Below are positions 1 through 10,554 of a stretch of DNA of 63,284 nucleotides, one piece after another; the first letter of the stretch is position 1; each line of letters starts with the position of its first letter. The position numbers were made by a program, and so were the translations under genes. Where the stretch lies: the NCBI GenBank assembly GCA_001770425.1, contig MEQZ01000197.1:1-63284 (forward strand). Reading direction: 5' to 3'. Source of the DNA: Betaproteobacteria bacterium RIFCSPLOWO2_02_FULL_65_20 (GTDB lineage: Bacteria > Pseudomonadota > Gammaproteobacteria > Burkholderiales > SG8-39). The notes beneath the pieces were generated by a model. It ran no database searches. It saw nothing but the letters and a program-made list of their open reading frames with translations, and had not been told where the DNA came from.

Positions 1-38
1 CCGCCCAAGGCCGGCAAGACGGTGCTGATGCAGCAACT

Positions 39-764
<726 letters not shown>

Positions 765-839
765 TTCGTCCCGCCGGGGACGCATGCCTCCCTCTAGAAC
801 CCCGGGTGGCGCGGCTAAGCTGCTGATGTTTCATCCGAA

Positions 840-868
840 TTGCGCTATCTCGCGCGTTTTGGCATAAT
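840..868 (+). promoter_or_regulatory. Candidate sigma70 promoter for rpmE (TTGCGC-17 nt-CATAAT)
   Basis: -35 TTGCGC at 840-845, 17-nt spacer, -10 CATAAT at 863-868, about 50 nt upstream of the rpmE ATG. Confidence 0.35.
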
Positions 869-916
869 ACCGCGCTCTCCGCGCCGCTTTGGCGGCCCAT
901 CGCAAGGATTTGAATC

Positions 917-1147
917 ATGAAGACCAAGATCCACCCCGATTACAAGGAAGTCGAAGTCACCTGCAGTTGCGGCACCAAGTTCACGACGCGGTCGACGCTC
1001 GCGAAGCCGCTGCACGTCGAGGTCTGCTCATCGTGCCACCCGTTCTACACCGGCAAGCAGAAGATCGTCGACACCGCAGGCCGCGTCGAGAAATTCCGCC
1101 AGAAATACGCCGGGAACAAGACCGCCGCCAAGCCGGCAACGGCGTGA
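917..1147 (+). CDS. rpmE: 50S ribosomal protein L31
   Basis: MKTKIHPDY...CSCGTKF...[13 protein letters not shown] is the canonical L31 sequence with its zinc-binding Cys motifs. Confidence 0.95.
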   Translation: MKTKIHPDYKEVEVTCSCGTKFTTRSTLAKPLHVEVCSSCHPFYTGKQKIVDTAGRVEKFRQKYAGNKTAAKPATA

Positions 1148-1164
1148 GCGTTGTATAGATACCG

Positions 1165-1196
1165 GAAAAGGCAGCTTCGGCTGCCTTTTCTGTTTG
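1165..1196 (+). terminator. Rho-independent terminator after rpmE
   Basis: Stem GAAAAGGCAGC / GCTGCCTTTTC with a TTCG loop, followed by TTTTCTGTTTG. Confidence 0.75.
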
Positions 1197-1208
1197 CGGG
1201 GTAACAGA

Positions 1209-2843
1209 ATGTTGCAGAATTGGCTCGCGCGCCGGCTGCCGTTGCCGCTCCCGCCGGTGCTGCTGTTGCTGCTGGTGCTCGCTTACGCGTTGCCCGGATT
1301 GCTCAGTCACGATCCCTGGAAAGCCGAGGATGCGATCGGCACCGGCATCGTGCACCAGATGCTGCGCCACGGCGAATGGCTGGTGCCCAGCCTGGCCGGC
1401 GAACCGTTCCTCGAAGACGGCCCCCTCTATTACTGGGTCGCTGCCGGCTTTGCATGGGTCTCCTCGCCCGTGCTTGAACTGCACAACGGAGCGCGCCTCG
1501 CGAGCGCCGCGCTGATGCTGCTCGTGCTGGTTCTCCTGCGCATGGCGGCGCGCGAACTCTACGGCAAACCCGAAGGCGACGCCGCGGCGCTGGTCCTGCT
1601 CGGCTCGCTGGGACTGTTCCTGCACGCTCATGAAAATCTGGGCGAAATTGGCATGCTCGCCGCTCACGCGCTTGCGCTGTTCGCGGTCGCGCTCGCGCGG
1701 CGCAGGCCGATGCTCGCCGGGGTGCTGCTGGGCGCGGGCTGGGGCGCCGCGCTGCTGTCCAAGGGCATCGGGGCGGCGCTGATCCCGGCGCTCATAGCGG
1801 CCCTCGTGCCGCTGCTGTGCCGCGACTGGCGCACGCGCCAGTACGCCGCGACGCTCGCGCTTGCCGCGGCCGCCGGCGCGGCGATCTGCGGCGCGTGGCT
1901 GCTCGAAGCGCAGATGCACGCGCCCGGCGCCCTGGGCGCGTGGCTCGCATACCAGATGAAAGCGCTGGCCGTACCGACCGGCGCGGCGCTCGCGGATTAC
2001 GCCGTCACGCTTTCCTGGGCGGCGTGGCCGGCATGGCCGATCGCGCTCTGGTTATTGTGGGAGCGGCGAGCGCGCCTTGCCGAGACGGGCACCGCGTACC
2101 CGCTGGCGGCGCTGGTGGTCACGGCTGCCGTCGTTGCGATGACGCACGGGAATCGCGACGTGACCTCGCTGCCGCTGCTGCTGCCGCTCGCGCTGCTTGC
2201 CGGTGCCGGTGTACCGCTGCTGAGGCGTGGCGCGGCGAACGCGCTTGCATGGTTCGGCGCCATGACCTTCAGCTTCTTCGGCGCGCTGGTGTGGCTCGGC
2301 TGGATCGCGATGATGACCGGTGTCCCCGAGCAGATTCAGCGCAACTTCGCCAAGCTGGAACCCGGACACGTGCCTCAGTTCCAGTGGTTCGGATTCACGG
2401 CCGCGGCCGCATTCACGCTTGCGTGGCTGTTCATCCTGTTGCGCAGCGAGCGGTCCGCGTTCCGCAGCATTACATTCTGGTCGGCCGGCGTGGCGCTGCT
2501 CTGGAGCCTGATCATGACGCTGTGGATCGACTGGATCGACTACGGCAGATCCTACAGGCCGGTCGCGCTCGCGCTCAAGCGCGCGCTTCCGACGGGCTCC
2601 CGCTGCATCGAATCCCGCGGCTTGGGCGAAGCCCAGCGGGCGGCATTCGACTACCATGCCGGCGTGCTCACTCGCCGTGCCGAGGCCGCCGGCGCGCGCG
2701 ACGCACCCCGTTGTCCGGTGCTGCTGGTGCAGGCGCACCCGGACGACGAGGACCGCCTGCGCAATGCTGGATGGAGGCGGATATGGGAAGGCAACCGCCC
2801 CCGCGACAAGGAGCGCTACCGGCTGTACGTGCGCCAGCAATGA
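1209..2843 (+). CDS. Polytopic membrane glycosyltransferase, GT39 / ArnT-PMT-like (GT-C fold)
   Basis: N-terminal HDPWKAEDAIGTGIVHQMLRHGEWLVPSLAGEPFLEDGPLYYW resembles the ArnT/PMT first-loop region. Many hydrophobic segments follow, then a soluble tail of about 100 aa. The ATG at 1209 is preferred over the TTG at 1194, which sits in the rpmE terminator. Confidence 0.7.
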   Translation: MLQNWLARRLPLPLPPVLLLLLVLAYALPGLLSHDPWKAEDAIGTGIVHQMLRHGEWLVPSLAGEPFLEDGPLYYWVAAGFAWVSSPVLELHNGARLASAALMLLVLVLLRMAARELYGKPEGDAAALVLLGSLGLFLHAHENLGEIGMLAAHALALFAVALARRRPMLAGVLLGAGWGAALLSKGIGAALIPALIAALVPLLCRDWRTRQYAATLALAAAAGAAICGAWLLEAQMHAPGALGAWLAYQMKALAVPTGAALADYAVTLSWAAWPAWPIALWLLWERRARLAETGTAYPLAALVVTAAVVAMTHGNRDVTSLPLLLPLALLAGAGVPLLRRGAANALAWFGAMTFSFFGALVWLGWIAMMTGVPEQIQRNFAKLEPGHVPQFQWFGFTAAAAFTLAWLFILLRSERSAFRSITFWSAGVALLWSLIMTLWIDWIDYGRSYRPVALALKRALPTGSRCIESRGLGEAQRAAFDYHAGVLTRRAEAAGARDAPRCPVLLVQAHPDDEDRLRNAGWRRIWEGNRPRDKERYRLYVRQQ

Positions 2844-2977
2844 GCCTGCCCGCCTAAAGCCGGACAAGCCGGAAGCAACCGGGCTGAACTCGATTTTGCT
2901 TTCCATAGCCCGAGTAGCCCCGTCGGCCGAAGTCGGGGCATAATCCCGGCTCCACACCGGTTCCACAGGATAGGCGC

Positions 2978-4369
2978 ATGAACCAAGTTCGCGAATTGGA
3001 CACGACGCTGGTCGAGGCGCTGCGCACGCTGCTCGGCGAACGCCTCAGCACCTCGCGTGGCGTGCGCGAGCACCATGGCAAGGACGAGTCCTACTACCCG
3101 TACGCGCCGCCGGACGCCGTCGTGTTTCCGCACTCCACCGAGGAGGTGCGCGACATCGTCAACATCTGCCGCCTCCACAGGACACCGATCATCCCGTTTG
3201 GCGTCGGCACATCGCTCGAAGGTCATGTGCTCGCGATTCACGGCGGCGTATGCATCGATCTGTCTCAGATGAACCAGATCCTGGCCGTGCGCGAGGCCGA
3301 CCTGGACGCAAGCGTGCAGGCCGGCGTCACGCGCAAGCAGCTCAACGAGCACATCCGCCACTCCGGCCTCATGTTCCCCATCGACCCGGGCGCGGACGCG
3401 ACCCTGGGCGGCATGGCCGCGACGCGCGCCTCGGGCACCAACGCGGTGCGCTACGGCACCATGCGCGAGAATGTGATCGCGCTGACCGTGGTGCTGGCCG
3501 ATGGCCGCGTGATCAAGACCGCGCGCCGCTCGCGCAAGTCATCGGCCGGCTACGATCTGACCCGCCTGTTCGTCGGATCGGAGGGCACGCTGGGCGTCAT
3601 CACCGAAGTCACCGTCCGTCTCTACGCGATTCCCGAGGCGATGTCGGCGGCCGTGTGCTCGTTCAAGGACATCGCGGGGGCGGTCGAGACTGTGATCCAG
3701 ACGCTGCAGTCGGGCATCCCGATCGCGCGCTGCGAGGCGCTGTGCGCCACCACCATGCACGCCATCAACGCCTATTCCAGGACAAATTACACGGAGCAGC
3801 CAACGCTGTTCCTGGAATTCCACGGCACGCAGGCGGGCGTCGAGGAGCAGGCCCGGCTGGTGCAGGAGATCGCGCACGCCAACGGCGGCATGGCGTTCCA
3901 GTGGGCGACCAGGGCCGAGGAAAGAAACAAGCTCTGGCAGGCCCGCCACGACGCCTATTTCGCCTGTCTGCAGCTGCGCGCTGGAACGCGCTGCGTTTCC
4001 ACCGACGTGTGCGTGCCGATCTCCCGGCTCATCGAGTGCATCGTCCAGACCGCCGGGGACATCGAGCGCGCCTCGATGCCCATTCCACTCTTCGGCCACG
4101 TCGGCGACGGCAATTTCCATTGCGTGATCCTGGTGCGACCGGACAACGAGGCCGACATGGCCGAGGCGAAGGCATTCAACGAGCGCGTCGTGAATCGTGC
4201 GCTTGACATGGAGGGCACCTGCACGGGCGAGCATGGCGTGGGTTTCGGAAAAATGAAGTGGCTGCCCAAGGAGCACGGTGCGGCCCTGGACCTGATGCGC
4301 GCCATCAAACGCGCTTTCGACCCCGGCGACCTGATGAATCCTGGCAAGGTCGTTTCGCGCGAGGCCTGA
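2978..4369 (+). CDS. FAD-linked oxidase (D-lactate / D-2-hydroxyacid dehydrogenase, GlcD-like)
   Basis: FAD-binding PCMH-type N-terminus (PHSTEEVRDIVNICRLHRTPIIPFGVGTSLEGH). C-terminal GHVGDGNFH and GEHGVGFGK motifs. Confidence 0.8.
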   Translation: MNQVRELDTTLVEALRTLLGERLSTSRGVREHHGKDESYYPYAPPDAVVFPHSTEEVRDIVNICRLHRTPIIPFGVGTSLEGHVLAIHGGVCIDLSQMNQILAVREADLDASVQAGVTRKQLNEHIRHSGLMFPIDPGADATLGGMAATRASGTNAVRYGTMRENVIALTVVLADGRVIKTARRSRKSSAGYDLTRLFVGSEGTLGVITEVTVRLYAIPEAMSAAVCSFKDIAGAVETVIQTLQSGIPIARCEALCATTMHAINAYSRTNYTEQPTLFLEFHGTQAGVEEQARLVQEIAHANGGMAFQWATRAEERNKLWQARHDAYFACLQLRAGTRCVSTDVCVPISRLIECIVQTAGDIERASMPIPLFGHVGDGNFHCVILVRPDNEADMAEAKAFNERVVNRALDMEGTCTGEHGVGFGKMKWLPKEHGAALDLMRAIKRAFDPGDLMNPGKVVSREA

Positions 4370-4372
4370 CCG

Positions 4373-4918
4373 TCAGAGCTTGATGAAATTCTCGCGGTAA
4401 TACCGCAGTTCGTCGATCGACTCGTAAATGTCGGCGAGCGCCTCGTGTTTACCATGCTTGGTCATGCCCTTTGCCAGCTCCGGCTTCCACCGTTTGACCA
4501 GCTCTTTCAGGGTGCTGACATCGAGGTTTCTATAGTGGAAGTAAGCCTCGAGCTTCGGCATCCAGCGCGCGAGAAAGCGCCGGTCCTGGCAGATCGAGTT
4601 GCCGCACATGGGCGAGGTGCGGATCGGCACGTACTGCACAATGAAATCCAGCATCGAGCGTTCCGCGTCGGCCTCAGAAAGCGTGGAGGCCCTGACTTTC
4701 TCGATCAGGCCGGAGCGCGCGTGCGTGCCCTTGTTCCAGTCATCCATCGCGCCGAGCGCCGCGTCGCTCTGGCATACCACCAGTACCGGCGCCTCGGCCA
4801 CCGTCGCAAGCTTGGAATCGGTGATCACGATCGCGATTTCGATGACGCGATCGGTGTCCGGGTTCAGACCCGTCATTTCCATGTCGAGCCAGATGAGGTT
4901 GTTCTGATCCTGGGGCAT
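4373..4918 (-). CDS. orn: Oligoribonuclease
   Basis: [23 protein letters not shown] (DEDDh exonuclease motif I), 181 aa, and [17 protein letters not shown] at the C-terminus. Confidence 0.9.
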   Translation of the reverse strand: MPQDQNNLIWLDMEMTGLNPDTDRVIEIAIVITDSKLATVAEAPVLVVCQSDAALGAMDDWNKGTHARSGLIEKVRASTLSEADAERSMLDFIVQYVPIRTSPMCGNSICQDRRFLARWMPKLEAYFHYRNLDVSTLKELVKRWKPELAKGMTKHGKHEALADIYESIDELRYYRENFIKL

Positions 4919-5011
4919 ATCGCTTGAGGTTTCCGGAACGGTCTGCGTGTAAAATGTCTGCTTGAAGAATCAATTATCTCATATGCGGGTGCTGCGGCTC
5001 CCGAAGACCTG

Positions 5012-6259
5012 ATGCATCTTTTCACGCTGGCCTTTCTCGTCGCCCTGGCAGTCACCACGCTTGCGCACCTATGGCTCGCCGACCGGCATATCCGCCACAT
5101 CTTCAAGCATCGCGGCGCCGTTCCTGCGGAGTTCATTGGCCGGATCACGGCCGATGCTCACCTGAAGGCTGCCGCGTATACCGCTGAACGAACCCGATTG
5201 GGCATGGTAGAAACGGTGATCGGCGCGGTGATTCCGCTTGCTTTCACGCTCGGCGGCGGGTTGCAGGCGATTTCTGCAGGCTGGACGCGGGTGCTCCAGA
5301 CCGGCGGTTTTGCTCACGGCATCGCCTTCATCGTCACGGTGGCGGTGATCAGCGGCATCGCCGATCTGCCGTTCGGGCTCTACCGCACCTTCGTCATCGA
5401 GGCCCGGTACGGGTTCAACCGCACGAGCCTGCGTCTGTACCTGCTCGACCTCGCCAAGCAGGCGCTGCTCGGCCTCGCGCTCGGCGTGCCGCTCGTCTTC
5501 TGCGTGCTGTGGCTGATGGCGATCTCGGGTGATGCCTGGTGGCTGTACGTCTGGATCGTCTGGGTCGCGTTCAACCTGCTCATAGTCACCTTCTATCCGA
5601 CCCTGATCGCGCCGCTGTTCAACCGCTTCACCCCGCTCGAGGACGATGCCCTGAGAGGCAGGATCGAGCGTCTACTCCAGCGCTGCGGCTTCCGCGCGCA
5701 GGGATTGTTCGTGATGGACAGTTCGCGCCGCTCCAGCCACGGCAATGCCTATTTCACCGGCTTCGGCGCAGCAAAACGCATCGTGCTGTTCGACACGCTG
5801 ATCGCGCGTCTCGCGCCGCCTGAAATCGAGGCTGTACTTGCCCATGAACTGGGCCACTTCCGCCGCAACCACGTCTGGAAGCGCATGGCGCTGCTGTTCG
5901 GCATCAGCCTGGGCTTCCTGTGGCTGCTCGGATATCTGATCGGCCAGGACTGGTTCTACGCCGCGCTGAACGCGCAGACTCGCACCACGGCCATGGCGCT
6001 GGCGCTGTTCTTCATGGTCGTTCCGGTGTTCGCATTCCTGCTGCAGCCGTTCATGAGCCTGTACTCGCGCAGCCACGAATTCGAGGCCGACGCCTACGCG
6101 GCGCAGCACGCAGCGGCTTCGGACCTGGCCCAGGCCCTGGTGAAGCTCTACCAGGACAACGCTGCGACCCTCACGCCCGACCCGCTGTACTCGGCAGTGT
6201 ACGATTCGCACCCGCCGGCTGCGATGCGGATCGCAAGGCTCCAGCCGGCCGGCGGCTGA
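5012..6259 (+). CDS. M48 family (Ste24/HtpX-like) membrane zinc metallopeptidase
   Basis: HELGHFRRNH zinc motif, several N-terminal TM segments, SHEFEADAYA downstream. Confidence 0.8.
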   Translation: MHLFTLAFLVALAVTTLAHLWLADRHIRHIFKHRGAVPAEFIGRITADAHLKAAAYTAERTRLGMVETVIGAVIPLAFTLGGGLQAISAGWTRVLQTGGFAHGIAFIVTVAVISGIADLPFGLYRTFVIEARYGFNRTSLRLYLLDLAKQALLGLALGVPLVFCVLWLMAISGDAWWLYVWIVWVAFNLLIVTFYPTLIAPLFNRFTPLEDDALRGRIERLLQRCGFRAQGLFVMDSSRRSSHGNAYFTGFGAAKRIVLFDTLIARLAPPEIEAVLAHELGHFRRNHVWKRMALLFGISLGFLWLLGYLIGQDWFYAALNAQTRTTAMALALFFMVVPVFAFLLQPFMSLYSRSHEFEADAYAAQHAAASDLAQALVKLYQDNAATLTPDPLYSAVYDSHPPAAMRIARLQPAGG

Positions 6260-6266
6260 CCCGCCC

Positions 6267-7196
6267 ATGGCGAATCCGGCTGCACTGCTCCGGGTCCCGC
6301 TTGGCTCCGCCCTTGAGCCCATCTGCGGCGAGATCATCGCCGCCTACGGCCGGCAATACCTCGTCGAATGCGCCGACGGCGGGCTGCTGCTTTGTGTTCC
6401 ACGCGGCAAGAAGAGCCTGCTCGCCTGCGGCGATCGCGTGAGCGTCGCGCCGACCGGGCCCGGACAGGGCGTAATCGATGACGCCGCCCCCAGGGCCACC
6501 GAATTCTTTCGTTCGGCAGCACACCGCACCAAGCTGATCGCCGCGAACGCCACGCAAGTCGCCGTCATTTGCGCCACCGATCCGAGTTTCAGCGACGAAC
6601 TGGTAACGCGGGTGCTGGTGGCAGCACAGCATCAGGGCCTGAAGGCGCTGATCGTTCTGAACAAGTCGGATCTCGCCGACAAGCTGGATACAGCCCATGC
6701 GCGCCTGGCCCCGTTCGAGCAGGCGGGCTATCCGGTGATCGTGATGAGTGCAACGCGGGACACCGGTCCCCTGGCTCGGGCCCTCGAGGGCGAAGTCACG
6801 GTGCTGGTCGGCCAGTCGGGCATGGGCAAGTCGACGCTGCTCAATGCGCTCGTGCCGGAGGCCAACCGTGCCACGCGCGAGATCTCGACCTTTCTTGCCT
6901 CGGGTCGCCATACAACCAGTCATGCGCGGCTGTACCGCTCCGACGACACGGCGATCATCGACTGCCCGGGGCTGCAGGAATTCGGCCTCGCGCACCTCGC
7001 ATGGAGCGACATCGAGGCCGCGTTTCCGGAGTTCAGTGCGCACCTCGGTCTGTGCCGATTCCCCGACTGCCGTCATCGCAGCGAGCCCGGATGTGCACTC
7101 CACGCCGCATGTGCGGAAGGCCGCATCCACCCACGGCGCATGGAACTGTTCCACAGAATCGCCGCCGCGGAGCGAGCCGGTGCTGCCTCGAGATAG
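6267..7196 (+). CDS. rsgA: Ribosome small subunit-dependent GTPase A
   Basis: Circularly permuted GTPase motifs (VLNKSDL, then GQSGMGKSTLLNAL) and C-terminal zinc knuckle CRFPDCRHRSEPGCAL. Confidence 0.85.
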   Translation: MANPAALLRVPLGSALEPICGEIIAAYGRQYLVECADGGLLLCVPRGKKSLLACGDRVSVAPTGPGQGVIDDAAPRATEFFRSAAHRTKLIAANATQVAVICATDPSFSDELVTRVLVAAQHQGLKALIVLNKSDLADKLDTAHARLAPFEQAGYPVIVMSATRDTGPLARALEGEVTVLVGQSGMGKSTLLNALVPEANRATREISTFLASGRHTTSHARLYRSDDTAIIDCPGLQEFGLAHLAWSDIEAAFPEFSAHLGLCRFPDCRHRSEPGCALHAACAEGRIHPRRMELFHRIAAAERAGAASR

Positions 7197-7203
7197 ATCG
7201 CAG

Positions 7204-7515
7204 ATGAAGGTGTTCTACGCTTCGCTCAAAGCGCACGAGATCCATCACCTGAAGAACCTGCTTGAGTCGGCGGGCATCCGTTGCCGGCTTCGAAACGAAG
7301 GGCTTTCCACGCTCGCCGGCGAGGTGCCGTTCACCGAGTGTGCAATGCAGATTTGTCTGGAAAACGAGTCGGACCGCGGTCTCGCCGACTCGATCTTGCG
7401 CGAAATAAACGGGCGCGGCGCAGCGTTCACACGGACATGGAACTGCGCCGGTTGCGGCGAGCGGATCGAGGACCAGTTCACCGCGTGTTGGAACTGCGGA
7501 ACGCAAAAGCGCTAA
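7204..7515 (+). CDS. DUF2007-type small protein with C-terminal CxxC...CxxC knuckle
   Basis: MKVFYASLKAHEIHHLKNLLESAGI... and CAGCGERIEDQFTACWNCG. Only the 3' part of track ORF 6748..7515 lies outside rsgA. Confidence 0.6.
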   Translation: MKVFYASLKAHEIHHLKNLLESAGIRCRLRNEGLSTLAGEVPFTECAMQICLENESDRGLADSILREINGRGAAFTRTWNCAGCGERIEDQFTACWNCGTQKR

Positions 7516-8435
7516 CTTACCGCCCGGGCGATGCCCAGCAGCAGGAGCATGAGCAACCACACCACGAGCGCACGCCAGACCAGCCCGATCGTACTGTCGA
7601 AGAATCCGGTGTCGGCCTCCTCGCCCAGTCCCAGTTCCGGACGCTCCGCTACCGTACCCTGGATGACGACCGGATTGCCCAGCCGTACCCCTATCGCCCC
7701 GGCGCCGGCGGCCAGCACGATGCCCAATGCGGGATCGGACCACCTGGCGGCCTGCGTGCGCCAGCAGAAAATCGCGTCCTCGAAATCCCCTACCACGGCA
7801 AAAGCCGCGGCCGTGAAACGTACCGGAAGCCAATCGAGCGCCGCGAACGCCTGTTTCGCAAAGCGGCCGAAATGAACCAGTTCCGGCGCATCCGATCCGC
7901 GCCAGCGCCGGCAGAGAAAATAGGCCAGCCGGTAGAGGATCGCGCCGGACGGACCGGGCAGAAGCACGAACCAGAAGACCACGGCGTACACATGGCGATG
8001 CGAGGCTGCAAGCGCCTCCTCGATGGTGAGCCGTGCCACCTCTTCGCGCGACAAGTCGCCGCAGTCGTGGCCGCGCCAGCCGGCGAGCAGTTCGCGGGCA
8101 CGCGCCAGGTCATCCTGCTTGAGCGCGAGGTGGATGTCGGTAAAATAGTGGCTGAATTGCCGGAATCCCATCGTCAGATAGAGCGCGAGCACGTTGAAGG
8201 CAAGCGCGAGCAGCGGACTCCAGCGAAATAGCAACGCGTGCACGTACCATGCCAGAAGCACCGGCGGAAGCACGGCAACCAGCCACGCCACGACGCCGTG
8301 CTGCGCCTCGCCGGCATTGAACTGGCGTTCCAGGAAATTGGCATACCGCGCGACCTGCGAGTACAGGTGGCGCTGGCCGGCAAGCGGCCGCCACTGCTCG
8401 AGCAGCAACGCCGCGACTAATGAGATCAGGCCCAT
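7512..8435 (-). CDS. CobD/CbiB / AmpE-like integral membrane protein
   Basis: 307 aa. N-terminal LLLEQWRP motif, several TM segments and a LDWLPVR-type motif, as in the CobD/AmpE family. Confidence 0.6.
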   Translation of the reverse strand: MGLISLVAALLLEQWRPLAGQRHLYSQVARYANFLERQFNAGEAQHGVVAWLVAVLPPVLLAWYVHALLFRWSPLLALAFNVLALYLTMGFRQFSHYFTDIHLALKQDDLARARELLAGWRGHDCGDLSREEVARLTIEEALAASHRHVYAVVFWFVLLPGPSGAILYRLAYFLCRRWRGSDAPELVHFGRFAKQAFAALDWLPVRFTAAAFAVVGDFEDAIFCWRTQAARWSDPALGIVLAAGAGAIGVRLGNPVVIQGTVAERPELGLGEEADTGFFDSTIGLVWRALVVWLLMLLLLGIARAVS

Positions 8436-8446
8436 CGGAAGAATGC

Positions 8447-9061
8447 TTAGCTCGTGAGGAAACTGCAGAAGTTCATCAGCATCCCGGCGGTCGCCCCCCA
8501 GATGTAGTGCTGCCCGTAGGGCAGCGCGTAATAGTGACGCTGTCGGCCGAGGTGAACGACGCTGTTGCGCTGGTGGTTGGACGGATCGAGCAGAAACCCG
8601 AGCGGCACCTCGAATATCTCTGCAACCTCGAAATCATCGGGCTTCAGTTCAAGCGGAGGGCGCACCAGGCCCACCACCGGGGTGATGCGATAACCGGTGA
8701 CGGTCACGTACTCGCTCAGCATGCCCAGGATCTCGACCCTGTCCGAGGCAAGCCCGATTTCCTCCTCGGTCTCCCGCAGCGCGGTCTGCGCGGCGCTTTC
8801 TTCATGCGGTTCGGCGCGCCCCCCGGGAAAGCTGATCTGCCCGGCATGATCGTGCAGATGATCGGTCCGGCGGGTGAACAGCACGGAGAGGTCGCTGCCG
8901 CGGCTGATCACGGGGACGAGGACCGCGGCCGTCCTGAGTGCCTCGGCCTCGCGAAAGAGATGTCCGTCACCGGTGGTAACCGGCGCGAAGCTCCGCGGCT
9001 GCGCAAACCGGCTGCGCAGCCATTCCTCGCCCAGATCCTGCGGGGTCTCCATCATCATCAT
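8447..9061 (-). CDS. NUDIX hydrolase, CoA pyrophosphatase type
   Basis: Nudix box GGRAEPHEESAAQTALRETEEEIGL preceded by AAVLVPV...FTRRTDHLHDHAGQISFPGG. Start trimmed to the MMMM run so it does not overlap the upstream gene. Confidence 0.75.
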   Translation of the reverse strand: MMMMETPQDLGEEWLRSRFAQPRSFAPVTTGDGHLFREAEALRTAAVLVPVISRGSDLSVLFTRRTDHLHDHAGQISFPGGRAEPHEESAAQTALRETEEEIGLASDRVEILGMLSEYVTVTGYRITPVVGLVRPPLELKPDDFEVAEIFEVPLGFLLDPSNHQRNSVVHLGRQRHYYALPYGQHYIWGATAGMLMNFCSFLTS

Positions 9062-9101
9062 CGCAATTCGACATCCGGACCGGTGCTGCGTTCCCCGCGG
9101 C

Positions 9102-10073
9102 TCAGGGAAGCAGTATCGTCGAACCGGTCGTCTTGCGGGCCTCAAGATCGCGGTGCGCCTGCGCCGCCTCGCGCAGCGGATAGCGCTGGTTGATTTCGAT
9201 CTTCACTTTGTCCGAAAGCACGATGTCGAACAGATCCTTCGCGGTCGCCACCAGGTCCTCCCGCTTCGCGGTGTAGGGCATGAGCGAGGGGCGCGTCAGG
9301 AACAGCGACCCCTTCAGCATCTTGCCGAAATCGATCGGCGGCACGAGCCCGGATGCATTGCCGAAGCTCACCATCATGCCGAACGGGCGCAGGCATTCGA
9401 TCGATCGTTCAAACGTGTCCTTGCCCACAGAGTCGTACACCACCGGCACGCCGGCCCCCTTGGTGATCTCCTTGACCCGATCGAGAAAGTTCTCCCGGTT
9501 GTAATTCACCACGTAATGGCAACCGTGAGCCGCGGCCAGCTTCGCCTTTTCATCCGAGCCCACCGTGCCGATGACCGTGACCCCGAGCGCGGCGAGCCAC
9601 TGGCATGCGATCAACCCGACGCCCCCGGCCGCCGCGTGCCACACGACGGTATCGCCCGGCTGGACCTTGTAGGTGCGTTTGACCAGGTACCGCACGGTCA
9701 TACCCTGCAGCATCATCGCCGCAGCCCGCTCGAAGGAGATCTCGTCTGGCAGGTTCACGAGGCGGTCGGACGGCATGGTACGCAACTCGCAGTAGGCGCC
9801 AATGGGCGGGTTCGCGTAGGCCACGCGGTCCCCCGGCTTGACGTTGATGACGCCCGAGCCCACCGCCTCGACCACCCCGGCCGCCTCCAGGCCAAGCCCG
9901 GACGGGGAGGCGAGCGGATACAGGCCGATGCGATGATAGACGTCGGTGTAGTTGAGCCCGACGGCGTGATTGCGCACGCGCGCCTCTCCGGGACCGGGAT
10001 CGCCGACCGTCACGTCCTCCCATTGCAGGACTTCGGGCCCGCCGGCCTTGTGGATTCGTATCGCTTTAGGCAT
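9102..10073 (-). CDS. NADPH:quinone oxidoreductase (zeta-crystallin / MDR family)
   Basis: MPKAIRIHKAGGPEVLQWEDV..., nucleotide-binding HAAAGGVGLIACQW, 323 aa. Confidence 0.85.
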   Translation of the reverse strand: MPKAIRIHKAGGPEVLQWEDVTVGDPGPGEARVRNHAVGLNYTDVYHRIGLYPLASPSGLGLEAAGVVEAVGSGVINVKPGDRVAYANPPIGAYCELRTMPSDRLVNLPDEISFERAAAMMLQGMTVRYLVKRTYKVQPGDTVVWHAAAGGVGLIACQWLAALGVTVIGTVGSDEKAKLAAAHGCHYVVNYNRENFLDRVKEITKGAGVPVVYDSVGKDTFERSIECLRPFGMMVSFGNASGLVPPIDFGKMLKGSLFLTRPSLMPYTAKREDLVATAKDLFDIVLSDKVKIEINQRYPLREAAQAHRDLEARKTTGSTILLP

Positions 10074-10143
10074 CGAAACTCCCTTGACGGTTGATTATCG
10101 GAAACAGGTGTGCATGTTCGCCGTCGCCGCAGCGCAAGGCGAG

Positions 10144-10530
10144 TCATTTCTTCGCGGGTTCTTTCCGATCGGGCGGCTGGGGAACTTGCGCCTGCTGCAG
10201 CACGTTCCACCAGGCTTCCGCAAACGGATTGCCGGTCGAGCCCGCCTGCCCGGTCTGCGCGCCGGCCTTGGCCGCATCGGCGCCGGCAGACTGCATCCCC
10301 TGCATCGCCGACAGGGTTGCGCGCTGCATCTCCATCCCCTGAATGGTCATTTTCAGGAGGTTGAGATTCATGCCGAGCCAGGTCTCGACCGACTTCAGCT
10401 CGGCGATGCGCTTATCGATCTCGGACACGTCCAGCGTCGGAGTCACCATTCCCGGCAGGCCCATGGGTCCCCACAGCAGTTTGAGGAACTCGAAGGGATC
10501 AGGACCGGCGGGCTGTGTCATGATGGCCAT
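10144..10530 (-). CDS. PhaM-like PHA granule-associated protein (tentative)
   Basis: DPFEFLKLLWGPMGLPGMV...IDKRIAELKSVETWLGMNLNLLKMTIQGMEMQRATL matches my recollection of the PhaM-family core. Ends in PAKK. Confidence 0.5.
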   Translation of the reverse strand: MAIMTQPAGPDPFEFLKLLWGPMGLPGMVTPTLDVSEIDKRIAELKSVETWLGMNLNLLKMTIQGMEMQRATLSAMQGMQSAGADAAKAGAQTGQAGSTGNPFAEAWWNVLQQAQVPQPPDRKEPAKK

Positions 10531-10554
10531 CCCTGGCTGGGAAAAGCGTTCAGT